Source of the DNA: a virus
Taxonomy: Duplodnaviria > Heunggongvirae > Uroviricota > Caudoviricetes
Length of the DNA: 64,000 bases
Virus record (IMG/VR): IMGVR_UViG_3300044295_000252
Span: 2,682-66,681 of that record
Direction: 5' to 3' (one strand)
Below the pieces are notes generated by a model. The model saw nothing but the letters and a program-made list of their open reading frames with translations. It was not told where the DNA came from and searched no databases. Both the position numbers and the translations under genes were made by a program. Positions 9,701 through 19,500 of the stretch are shown piece by piece (position 1 is the stretch's first letter; every line of letters begins with the position of its first letter).

Positions 9701-12700
9701 GTGTTTCGGTTGTTAGCGCAGCGGTGGCAAACGAAGCAAGTATACGTGCGGCCGCAGATGTATCAATTAATAATGAAATTAGTATTTTAAGTGCCGCTGT
9801 TGTAAGCGTTGAGAGTCACGTAAACACGGTAAGTGCAGAACTGGCCAGTGTAGACGCAAAACTAAGCAATGCAATCAGCTTAGAAATAGCAAACAGACAA
9901 AGTGCCAGTGCGGTTTTAGAAACTCACATTAATACAGTAAGTGCCGCAGTCGATACCGTGAGCAACGCTATATCTAACGAAATAAGCGTAAGGACCGCAG
10001 CAAGCGCAGCATTAGAAATCCATATAAATGCTGTCAGTGCAGCAGTCAATACTGTAAGCAATACTGTTTCAAACGAAATCAGTGTAAGACTGGCAGCAAG
10101 TGCCGCACTTGAAACTCACATAAACACAGTAAGCAACAACGTGTCGGTAGTTAGCGCAGCAATAGCTAATGAAGCAAGTATACGAGCAGCAGCAGATACT
10201 AGTATTAACAATGCGGTTAGCGTAGTAAGTGCAGCAGCGGTTTCTATTGAAACGCATGTTAATACAGTAAGTGCACAACTGGCTTCTGTTGACACCAAGT
10301 TAAGCACAGCAATTGTCAATGCAATAAGCAATGAAGCAAGTATACGAGCAGCCGCAGATATTAGCATAGACAATGCGGTTAGTGTAGTAAGTGCAGCAGC
10401 GGTTTCTATTGAAACACATGTAAACACAGTAAGTGCACAGTTGGCATCGGTAGACACAAAATTAAGCACAGCGGTTGCTAACTTAGCGTTGGATCATTTA
10501 ACTGATGTTCAAATCAGTAGCCCAGTAGCAGGTCAATTACTGACTTACAATGGAATAAATTGGATAAATGGCGCAGGTATAACAGTTTCTGGCGGTGCCG
10601 GCATCAGTTATTGGATGCAAACACCAGTCATTACCGCGGCTAGTACAGAAAACTATTTCCAAATAGACACACTGGGAGCCACACCAAATACATCTGCTCA
10701 AGTTTTGACTACCCAAACAGTTAACGGTACTACGGCAGTAGTTACAGCTTGGCAGTCTGGCGCATTGGGCAGAACAGTATTAGATGCTGGCAATTATGAA
10801 TTTAGTGTTTGGATGAGCACCAGCAATACTGGTGGCACCAATACTGCTCAATTAGATGTATACAGAATTGATCCATATTCTGGCGGCACAGTCACAATGA
10901 CTGGTACTGGTACTAGTAGAACCGTAACTGCAAGTAATGGCGCGCCCTTCGCCACAATAACTGCTAGCGGTACAATGACCAGCAGCAGTTGGTTAGAGAC
11001 ACCAAAAGGTCTTTATCAAATTACTGCAAAGACCAGTGATACGGTAGTGACTATAGCAGTGCCAGCGGCTTACACAAATGAGTCTGCGGTATCTGCTAGT
11101 GTGTGGAATCAGATATTCACTAATCCCTCATTTAATCTAACAAGTACCAACTTAATTGAGTATCCGTTCACTGCCACACAATCCAGTTTTAGTATTAACA
11201 AAACAACTAGTTTGGGTGTAATTGTATTTGCAACTACTAGCGCAAGTAGAACCATTACTTTCAGCATGGATGATGGCGTAACCGCGGCACATCTAACAAC
11301 ACCCTGGGCTGTGCTACATAATCAACTGGGCGAATTACAGGGCGGTGCTACAAACGAATATTATCACTTAACTAGTGCAGAATATGCAAATATCAATACA
11401 ACTAGTGCAAATCTAGCTAGTATAGAAAATCATTTGAGCGCGCTTGATGCTGCGGTAAGCAATGAAATAAGTGTGCGTCAAGCTGCCAGTGTAGTCTTAG
11501 AAAATCAAATCAGTGTAGTAAGTGCAGCAGTAGCAAATGAAACAAGTATACGTGCAGCACAGGATGCCAGCATCTATAATGCTGTGAGTGCGGTGAGTGC
11601 AGCAGTAGCAAACGAAGCCAGTATACGTGCGGCACAGGATGCCAGCATCTATAATGCTGTGAGTGCAGTAAGTGCGGCAGTGGCAAATGAAGCAAGTATC
11701 CGTGCCGCTGCTGACGTCAGCATCAACAATTCCATTAGTGTTGTCAGTGCTGCGTTAGTGAGTACAAATGATAGAATCAGTGGCATAAGTTCTAACGTAA
11801 CAAGTATCGATAACAAGCTCAGTAATGCAATAAGTGCAGTTAGTGTAGCAGCACAGTCAGCCATTAATACCGTAAGCTCAAATTTAGCCACTGAGATACT
11901 CAATCGTCAAAGCGCAAGTGCGGTATTAGAAGGCCATATTAACACTGTAAGTAACGCTGTATCTATAGTAAGTGCAGCAGCCGCGTCAATCGAAGCACAT
12001 GTAAACACAGTAAGCAACGCGATTAGTGCGGTAAGTGCAGCGGTTGCCAATGAAGCAAGTATACGTGCGGCAGCTGATGCATCTATCAATAATGACATTA
12101 GTATAGTAAGTGCGGCAGTGGTAAATGAAGCAAGTATCCGTGCCGCAGCAGACACAAGTATTAATAATTCTATAAGTGTAGTAAGTGCGGCATTGGTGAG
12201 TACAAATGATAGAATCAGTGGCGTAAGTTCTAACTTAACAAGTATTGATACGAAACTTAGCAATGCTATCAGTAACGTAACCAGTCAGTTACAGGCTGCA
12301 AGTGCTGCGTTAGAGAGTCATGTTAATACTGTAAGTGCTGCGGTCAATACTGTCAGCAACGCGGTAAGCGTAGAAACAGCTAATCGTATCAGTGCAGATA
12401 ATGCTTTAAGCGTAAGAATTGATTCAATAAGCAATCAAGTATCGGTCACAAGTGCAGATTTGGTCAGTGCTAAAAATAACTTGTTAAGCAACATCAATGC
12501 GGTAAGCAATGCAGTAAGTGTAGAAACTGCTAACCGAATAAGTGCAGATAACGCATTAAGTGCTAACATCAATACTGTTTCAGTTGCAGCAGCAAATGCA
12601 ACGTCAATAGCTAATGCAGCTAGTGCAGCAGTAAATGCAGTTAGTAATGCTCTCAGCGCCGAAATAGTAAATCGTATCAGTGCAGATAATGCAGTAAGTG

Positions 12701-15700
12701 CAGCAGCTCAAAGTGCAATCAATACCGTAAGTAATGCGGTATCTGTTGTTTCAGTTGCAGCGGCAAATGCAACAAGTATTGCTAATGCAGCAAGTAATGC
12801 GGTGTCGGTAGAAATTGCCAACAGACAATCAGCTAGTGCGGCATTAGAAACTCATATTAATACGGTCAGTGCGGCGGTTAACACTGTAAGCAATGCTGTA
12901 TCAGTTGAAACAGCAAATAGAATTAGTGCAGATAATGCAGTAAGTGCAGCAGCGCAAAGTGCAATCAATACCGTAAGTAATGCAGTATCTGTTGTATCGG
13001 TCGCAGCAGCAAATGCTACTTCAATTGCCAATGCAGCAAGTGCGGCAGTTAATGTAGTAAGCAATGCGTTAAGTGCCGAAATAGTAAATCGAATCAGTGC
13101 TGATAACGCATTGAGTAATGCAGTTTCGGCTACTTATGCTAAAAAAGCTGGCGACACATTTACAGGTCCTGTTGTAGTGTCTGCATCTTTAAGTGTAATT
13201 GGTGACCTTAATGTAAGCGGTATGCTACAAGTTAATGCAGCTTCGCTCTTAGAGGGTGGGCAAATTAATCTTGCGGCGGCTCCAAGTGGTTCATTAGCTG
13301 GTCCTATTGGTATAGACATATATGGAAACCGAGTTAGGATTTTTGAAACCACTGGAACCGCTCGTGGTGTTTACATTGATTTGACTAGTGCGGCAGCAGG
13401 AGTAGGTACAAACCTAATGGCAGGTGGCGGTGCAGGTAGTGTAGCCAGCGCCAACTTTGTAAGTGCGGTTAACTCACTTAGTAACGCAATATCAGTCGTA
13501 AGCGCAGCAGCGGCTTCGGTTGAATCGCATGTGAATACGGTAAGCAATGCCCTATCAAATGAAATTAGTAATAGGCAATCTGCCAGTGCTGCATTAGAAA
13601 CTCATATCAATGCAGCAAGTAATGCAGCTTCGGTAGTTAGTGCGGCTGTAGTAAGCGTTAGCGCAGTAATAGAAACTCATGTTAATACGGTCAGCAATGC
13701 GGTTAGTATTGTGAGTGTAGCCGCAGCTAATGCCATAAGCATGGCCAACGTTATAAGCAATGCATTAAGCAATGAAATATCAAACCGTATCAGTGCAGAT
13801 AATGTTTTAAGTGCAAACATAAACACGGTAAGCAATGCGGTATCAATCGTAAGTGTGGCAGCAGCAAACGCAACAAGCATAGCCAATGCAGTAAGCAATG
13901 CATTGAGCAATGAAATAAGCAATCGTCAAAGCGCCAGTGCTGCACTTGAGACTCATATCAATACAGTTAGTAATGCGGTATCAATAGTTTCAGTGGCAGC
14001 GGCCAACGCAACAAGTATTGCCAATGCAGCAAGTAATGCGGTATCAGTAGAAATAATTAATAGACAAGCAGCTAGCCAAGCATTACAGGTCAATATTGAT
14101 GCCGTAAGTCAAGCAGTTTCGGTAGTTAGTGTAGCAGTAGATCGCGTAAGCAATGCAGTTTCTAACGAAATAAGCAATAGACAATCAGCTAGTGCAGCGT
14201 TGGAAACACATATTAACACTGTAAGTGCCGCAGTTAATACGGTAAGTAATGCATTAAGTGCCGAAATAGTAAATCGTATCAGTGCTGATAACGCATTGAG
14301 CGCCAATATAAACACGGTAAGCAATGCAGTTTCAATCGTATCGGTAGCAGCAGCCAACGCAACTAGTATCGCAAATGCGGCAAGTAATGCGGTATCTGTA
14401 GAAATTGCAAACCGTATTAGCGCAGTAAATGCGGCCAGCGTCGCAGCACAATCAGCAATCAATACTGTAAGTAATGCGGTATCTATTGTATCAGTGGCAG
14501 CAGCAAATGCCATTTCAATAGCTAATGCAGCTAGTGCTGCGGTGAACGTAGTGAGTAATGCGTTAAGCAATGAAATAAGTAATCGCCAAAGTGCCAGTGC
14601 AGCACTTGAGACTCATATTAATACCGTAAGTAACGCAGTTTCGGTCGTAAGCCAAGCTGTTTCGGTCGTATCGGTTGCAGCAGCAAATGCTACAAGTATA
14701 GCCAATGCGGCTAGTATTGTTGCGGCAAATGCAACCAGTATTGCAAATGCAGCCAGTGTTGCCGCAGCAAATGCAACTAGTATTGCAAATGCGGCAAGTA
14801 ATGCGGTATCTGTAGAAATAGCAAATCGCATCAGCGCAGATAACGCAGTAAGCGCCGCAGCACAATCAGCAATCAATACCGTAAGCAATGCGGTATCTAT
14901 TGTATCAGTAGCGGCAGCAAATGCGACGTCAATAGCCAACGCGGTCAGTGCAGCGGTAAACGTAGTAAGCAACGCAGTGTCAATTGTAAGTGCTGCTCAG
15001 TTAAGTACTTGGAACGCGGTAAGCAATGAGATTTCCGTAAGAGCAGCAGCTAGTGCAGCCTTAGAAGCACACATCAATACCGTTAGTGCGGCAGCGGCAG
15101 CTGGTGGTGGTGTGGCATCTAGCAATATCAATAATAAAGTTTATACAGGATTAACAACCGCAACTACTATTATTGATACTACCGCAGTTGCCAACTACAG
15201 GGCAGTTGAATATCTTGCTACGGCCACAGACAACACCAACAGTCGTTACAAAGCAAGTAGAATAACAATTCTAACTGATAATACGAACGTTTATTACAGT
15301 GAGTATGATACTCTTTATAGTAATGCTTCTTATGAAGTAGCAACATTTACGGCAAACGTGGCTACGGGCAATATTAACCTTATTGCTCAGGGCGACAGCG
15401 CGAACGTAACAGTTCAATTACAAAAAGTGTATTTGGGTCCAGGAACCACAACTGGCGCAGCAGCTGGCATAACCAGTGTTTCTGGCGGTTCAAATACACA
15501 AGTACAATTTAACGATGCTGGAACGCTAAGTGGTAGTGCAAACTTGACCTTTGATAAAGGTACAAACGTATTAACAGTTACAGGAACAGCAACCGCAGGT
15601 AACTTAAGTACAGGTGGAACATTAACTGTAACCGGCAACACAACACAAACTGGTATATTGAAACTGGGTTCGGTAATGGTGGAAGCATATTCCAATGTAT

Positions 15701-16008
15701 CTATCAGCACAAATACGCTTACCTTGAACCTAAGCACGGCTGGTATATTTAATGTCACACTAAACTCAAATATTACTACAGTTTCACTAACCAACTACCC
15801 CAGCAGTGCTGGTCAAGCAGCTAGCTTTATATTAATGTTAACTGCTGACGGTACTGCTAGATCCATTACGTGGCCTGCTGCATTTAGGTGGCCGGGAGGA
15901 ACTGCGCCAACACCTACCAGCACGTTAAATAAAGTTGATGTGTTTGCGTTCTTCACACTGGATGGTGGTACTAACTGGCAAGCATTTATCTCAGGACAGA
16001 ATCTATAA
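6721..16008 (+). CDS. Giant long tail fibre, 3095 aa, mostly coiled coil
   Basis: Three long A/S/V/N/I-rich blocks of INTVSNAVS..EIANRQSASA.LE.H repeats separated by beta-rich inserts; C-terminal ITWPAAFRWPGGTAPT..VDVFAFFTLDGGTNW fibre domain; followed by a fibre chaperone gene. Confidence 0.8.
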   Translation: MALNFPISPAPGDLYTYAGKTWTWNGTGWQLIESTSALDNVNTNLNNEISQRQAADLVINNAISTISAAVANEVSARQSASAALESHINTVSAGLAAIDSGNVSVSFTASSYPFTGNTQSLNTTTGTIVVTGGVGISGNLNVGGQFAANGNILPAQNATFNLGSPSLRWKSLYVTGNTIDIDGLTIGAANGQIVIPAANIGGVDINSAITTISNTVSAETSNRQSASAVLESHINTVSNTVSIVNAQLASIDTKLSNAVSALSADLRSAINAVSNQVSVTSADLTSVKNNLQSAINVVSNAVSAETANRISADNALSVAAQAAINTISNAVSIVSVAAANAASIANAASAAVNVVSNAVSLETANRISADNVLSVKIDAVSNTVSVETVNRQSASAVLESHINTVSNAVSVVSAAAASVESHVNTVSNAVSTVSAALLSVSAQIENHVNLVSNAVSQVSVVAANAISMANAISQALSNEISNRLSASAVLEGHINTVSNAVSTVSAAVANAVSMINVVSNAVSVETAARTLASANLETHINTVSNAVSVVSAAAANAISAINVVSNTLSAEINDRKSVSQLLESHIDTVSAAVNTVSNALSVETTNRVSADNALSVRVDSVYGAISSIVGGGAVSVTSADLISVSAVLESHINTVSNAVSVEVANRQSASAVLEGHINTVSNAVSVVSAAAANATSIANAVSNAVSLEIANRISADNALSSNINTVSNAVSIEIANRQSASAVLENHINTVSNSVSVVSAAVVNEASIRAAADLSINNGISVVSAAVVSVDSHVNTVSAQLASVDTKLSNAISLEIANRQSASAVLESHINAVSTAVDTVSNAISAETANRISSESGLSSRVDSVYNAISAIFVGGGVSVTSAELNAASVALQTAINTVSTAVSVVSVAAANATSIANAASNAVSVEVINRQSASAVLESHINTVSNAASVISAAAASVEIHVNTVSNAVSVEIADRQSASAALESHINTVSNSVSVVSAAVANEASIRAAADVSINNEISILSAAVVSVESHVNTVSAELASVDAKLSNAISLEIANRQSASAVLETHINTVSAAVDTVSNAISNEISVRTAASAALEIHINAVSAAVNTVSNTVSNEISVRLAASAALETHINTVSNNVSVVSAAIANEASIRAAADTSINNAVSVVSAAAVSIETHVNTVSAQLASVDTKLSTAIVNAISNEASIRAAADISIDNAVSVVSAAAVSIETHVNTVSAQLASVDTKLSTAVANLALDHLTDVQISSPVAGQLLTYNGINWINGAGITVSGGAGISYWMQTPVITAASTENYFQIDTLGATPNTSAQVLTTQTVNGTTAVVTAWQSGALGRTVLDAGNYEFSVWMSTSNTGGTNTAQLDVYRIDPYSGGTVTMTGTGTSRTVTASNGAPFATITASGTMTSSSWLETPKGLYQITAKTSDTVVTIAVPAAYTNESAVSASVWNQIFTNPSFNLTSTNLIEYPFTATQSSFSINKTTSLGVIVFATTSASRTITFSMDDGVTAAHLTTPWAVLHNQLGELQGGATNEYYHLTSAEYANINTTSANLASIENHLSALDAAVSNEISVRQAASVVLENQISVVSAAVANETSIRAAQDASIYNAVSAVSAAVANEASIRAAQDASIYNAVSAVSAAVANEASIRAAADVSINNSISVVSAALVSTNDRISGISSNVTSIDNKLSNAISAVSVAAQSAINTVSSNLATEILNRQSASAVLEGHINTVSNAVSIVSAAAASIEAHVNTVSNAISAVSAAVANEASIRAAADASINNDISIVSAAVVNEASIRAAADTSINNSISVVSAALVSTNDRISGVSSNLTSIDTKLSNAISNVTSQLQAASAALESHVNTVSAAVNTVSNAVSVETANRISADNALSVRIDSISNQVSVTSADLVSAKNNLLSNINAVSNAVSVETANRISADNALSANINTVSVAAANATSIANAASAAVNAVSNALSAEIVNRISADNAVSAAAQSAINTVSNAVSVVSVAAANATSIANAASNAVSVEIANRQSASAALETHINTVSAAVNTVSNAVSVETANRISADNAVSAAAQSAINTVSNAVSVVSVAAANATSIANAASAAVNVVSNALSAEIVNRISADNALSNAVSATYAKKAGDTFTGPVVVSASLSVIGDLNVSGMLQVNAASLLEGGQINLAAAPSGSLAGPIGIDIYGNRVRIFETTGTARGVYIDLTSAAAGVGTNLMAGGGAGSVASANFVSAVNSLSNAISVVSAAAASVESHVNTVSNALSNEISNRQSASAALETHINAASNAASVVSAAVVSVSAVIETHVNTVSNAVSIVSVAAANAISMANVISNALSNEISNRISADNVLSANINTVSNAVSIVSVAAANATSIANAVSNALSNEISNRQSASAALETHINTVSNAVSIVSVAAANATSIANAASNAVSVEIINRQAASQALQVNIDAVSQAVSVVSVAVDRVSNAVSNEISNRQSASAALETHINTVSAAVNTVSNALSAEIVNRISADNALSANINTVSNAVSIVSVAAANATSIANAASNAVSVEIANRISAVNAASVAAQSAINTVSNAVSIVSVAAANAISIANAASAAVNVVSNALSNEISNRQSASAALETHINTVSNAVSVVSQAVSVVSVAAANATSIANAASIVAANATSIANAASVAAANATSIANAASNAVSVEIANRISADNAVSAAAQSAINTVSNAVSIVSVAAANATSIANAVSAAVNVVSNAVSIVSAAQLSTWNAVSNEISVRAAASAALEAHINTVSAAAAAGGGVASSNINNKVYTGLTTATTIIDTTAVANYRAVEYLATATDNTNSRYKASRITILTDNTNVYYSEYDTLYSNASYEVATFTANVATGNINLIAQGDSANVTVQLQKVYLGPGTTTGAAAGITSVSGGSNTQVQFNDAGTLSGSANLTFDKGTNVLTVTGTATAGNLSTGGTLTVTGNTTQTGILKLGSVMVEAYSNVSISTNTLTLNLSTAGIFNVTLNSNITTVSLTNYPSSAGQAASFILMLTADGTARSITWPAAFRWPGGTAPTPTSTLNKVDVFAFFTLDGGTNWQAFISGQNL
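7330..15100 (+). repeat. Coding imperfect tandem repeats built from 7- and 11-residue modules (boundaries approximate)
   Basis: A common 46-aa unit is INTVSNAVSIVSVAAANATSIANAASNAVSVEIANRQSASAALETH; an exact 35-nt repeat lies at 11557-11591 and 11632-11666. Confidence 0.85.
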
Positions 16009-16517
16009 TGGCTAACTTTGCATTAGTTGAGAATGATACTATAACAGGAATTTATGATGATCTCCCTCAAAATTGGGGGCGGGTAAGTAACCTATATCTG
16101 TTATCAAATGAAACAGACCATTTAAAAACACTGGGTTGGTATAAAATTCGTAGACAGGATCCAGAATATGATCCCAATGTAAAAATGCCGGGTAAATTGA
16201 GTTATATTTTTACTGGAACTGAGGTAATAGAAACAAATGAAATTTTAGATAGACCGCCCGAACCGCCAGCGAAAACTGCTGAACAATTGGCTGCTGAAGA
16301 ACAAGCAAGAATCGAAAATCAATGGAGTGTTGTGCGTAGACAGCGAGATCAACTAATGCGTGATAACGACTGGAGATATTTGCGTTATCAAAGGCAACAG
16401 CGAACAGGAACGGCAACTGCTGATGACTTAGCAAAGGTAGATGCTTATATGCAGGCCTTGGCTGATATAACTAGTCAAGTTGATCCCTATAACATAATTT
16501 GGCCCACATTAGAGTAA
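16008..16517 (+). CDS. Tail fibre assembly chaperone
   Basis: C-terminal WSVVRRQRDQLMRDNDW...YMQALADI..Q.DP.NIIWP matches the phage tail assembly chaperone motif; 1-nt overlap with the fibre stop. Confidence 0.8.
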   Translation: MANFALVENDTITGIYDDLPQNWGRVSNLYLLSNETDHLKTLGWYKIRRQDPEYDPNVKMPGKLSYIFTGTEVIETNEILDRPPEPPAKTAEQLAAEEQARIENQWSVVRRQRDQLMRDNDWRYLRYQRQQRTGTATADDLAKVDAYMQALADITSQVDPYNIIWPTLE

Positions 16518-16518
16518 C

Positions 16519-19500
16519 ATGTCTGTACATAAAGCGTTATTAGCAATTCAATCAACGTCAAATATAGGTCCATTATTTCAGTGGGGTCTAAATACATCTG
16601 GTCAATTGGGTGATAGTACAACTACACTGCGTTCTAGTCCCGTGCAAGTTGGCACCAGTTATTGGAGCCAAGTAGCAACTGGTGACAGTGGTACCGTTGC
16701 AGTACGTGCTGATGGCGGATTATATGCGTGGGGGTTGCTGCCGTTTGGTGTAAGCTCATCGTCTCCGGTGGTATTAGCATCGGGCAAGTGGTCTAAAGTT
16801 GCAATGGGTAATAACCATGCTTTAGCAATTAAGTCTGATGGGTCATTATGGTCCGTTGGTCTGGGCAGCAGTGGTCAATTAGGAGATACCAACACTAGTT
16901 TTAATCAAAGTTGGACACAAGTCGCGCATGGAACATCTCATGCACTGGCAATAAGAAATGACGGAGCATTATTTGTTTGGGGAAGTGATACCGATGGAGC
17001 ATTGGGAGTAAACAGCACAACCGCCAGCTATAGTAGCCCAGTTCAATTGGGCACAGCAAGTTGGATTTATGTATCTGCTGAAAACAATTTTGGTCGTTCT
17101 ATGGCAATAAGAAGTGATGGCGCATTATTTGGTTGGGGTTATAACCTTAATGGAGAGCTAGGAGACAACACTATTATAAGCAGGTCAAGTCCGGTACAAA
17201 TAGGTACCAGCAGTTGGACCGCTGTGAGTTCTGGTAGACCTATATCAGCGGCTTTGCGAATAGATGGTGCAATGTTTACCTGGGGGAGCGGGCCAATCGG
17301 GGATAATACTATCATAAGCAGATCCAGTCCAGTTCAAATAGGCACTAGCAGTTGGAGTATGGTTAGCGCAGGATTCAGCACCTTCGCTGCAATACGGATA
17401 GATGGTGCATTGTTTACTTGGGGATATAATAGATACGGGCAGATGGGCAATAACGTAGGTGGCACTCTAATAGATACATCTAGTCCAGTTCAAATAGGCA
17501 CTAGTAGCTGGACAAAAGTTTCTTCTGGAAGCACATATACAGCCGCTATTAGAAATGATGGTGCATTATTTACATGGGGCAACAATGCCAACGGCTGCCT
17601 TGGTGAATTTACTACTACCGCTGTGGCTGGTAATAGGTCAAGTCCGGTTCAAATAGGGACTAGCAGTTGGACGCAGGTAAGGGCCGGGGTAAATATCCAG
17701 TCTACTTTTGCAATAAGAAATGATGGCGGTTTGTTTGGTTGGGGCATTAATACTGTTGGGCTATTAGGTCTTAACGACACTATCAGTCGCAGCAGCCCAG
17801 TACAAATAGGCACTAGTAGTTGGACACAAATATGTAGCCTTGCATATAGAACAATGCAGGGTATACTTACAAATGGTGTAATGTATGGTTGGGGGGCGGC
17901 TTCTGTTGGAGACGGCACAGCAAGTGGATTTTCAAGTCCAGTTCAAGTAGCCGCATTGCCCGGAAGAGTCAGCCTTACGCAAATAGGCAGTAGCAGTTGG
18001 AGTCAGATATCTGCTGGGGGCAACGTAAGTGCGGGTATAACAACGGCTAACACATTATTTGTCTGGGGCGATAATTCAGTTAATCAACTGGGCGACTACA
18101 CTACTGCAAATAAAACGTATCCCATACCAGTGGCTCCATTAAGTTGGTCCAGCGTTGCAAAAGGGGCGTCACATTCCGCCGCAGTTCGCAGTGATGGCGC
18201 GTTATTTACGTGGGGTACGGCCACAACGGGGTGCTTGGGTGACAATGCCAACGTGTCGCGTAGCAGCCCGGTACAGATAGGTAATAGCAGTTGGAGCACT
18301 GTCAGTTGCGGTATTTGCCACACCATGGCCATACGTTCAGATAGTACAGCTTGGGGCTGGGGCGCTGGCACTAATGGCTGCATTGGTGATGGAACTACTA
18401 CGAACAGATCTAGTCCAGTGCAAATAGGTACCGGTTTATGGAATAAGCTGATTGCATTTGCAGCTAGTACTAGTTCTATGGGTATACGCAGTGATGGTAC
18501 CTTATATACCTGGGGTCTAAATACATCTGCACAATTAGGGCTCAATGATATAGTTAATCGCAGTAGTCCCTCACAAGTTGGAACTAGCAGTTGGACACAA
18601 ATTGCTGGTTGGACTTTATCGTCGGCGGCAATAAGAACTGATGGTGGTTTATTTACGTGGGGTGTTGGTTCAGCTGGACAATTAGGGCTAAATGATGCAC
18701 TACCCAGAAGTAGTCCAACACAAGTAGGTACCAGCAGTTGGACTCAGGTATCTATGGCTTCCAATACCATGCAAGCTATTAGAACAGATGGTGGTTTATT
18801 CACTACGGGCGCTGGTACTGGCGGATTGGGTGGAACTAATAATACTACGCAATACTCTAGTCCAGTGCAAATAGGAACCAGTAGTTGGACTTTAGTGAAA
18901 ATTACAGGTAACAATTCTTATGCCATAAGAAGCGATGGAACACTATGGGCGTGGGGTGTATCTACAATATTGGGAAATAACACAGCGTCTAATGCCAGCA
19001 GCCCTGTGCAAATAGGTAGCGCAAGTTGGACACAGCTATCCGCCAATAGCGGCGGAGTGATAGGTGTCTACAATAATGTAGTTTATCTTTGGGGCAGTAC
19101 GAACGAATCCGGCAACGGACTAACCGATACCGTAGTAACACCATACCCTTCAATAACTATTAATACCGGCCTCAATAATAGTTTCCCCTCCAGTTGGACC
19201 AACGTAGCAGTAGGCCCCAGTCATATTGTAGCAATAGATAAAACCAGTTATAACGTATATGGTTTTGGTTATAATAATAGTTCACAACTAGCTCAAACTA
19301 CGGACAGTACACAGAGTTGGTCGCAAATTGCGTTGGGCGGTGCCACAGCTGGTGAATTTGCCTTGGCACTAAGATCTGATGGTATACTATTTGCCTGGGG
19401 ATATAATGCTCAAGGTCAGTTGGGCGACAATACAATTACAACCAGGTCAAGCCCTGTACAAGTTGGTGGCTTTAGCTGGACTAAAATATCTGCTGGTGTA

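Noticed and set aside
973-14972. Many minus-strand Leu/Thr/Ala-rich ORFs (e.g. 973-1209, 7680-8003, 8472-8915, 14109-14570)
   Set aside because: Antisense shadows of the A/S/V/N repeat codons of the fibre genes; no SD or promoter and no independent motifs.
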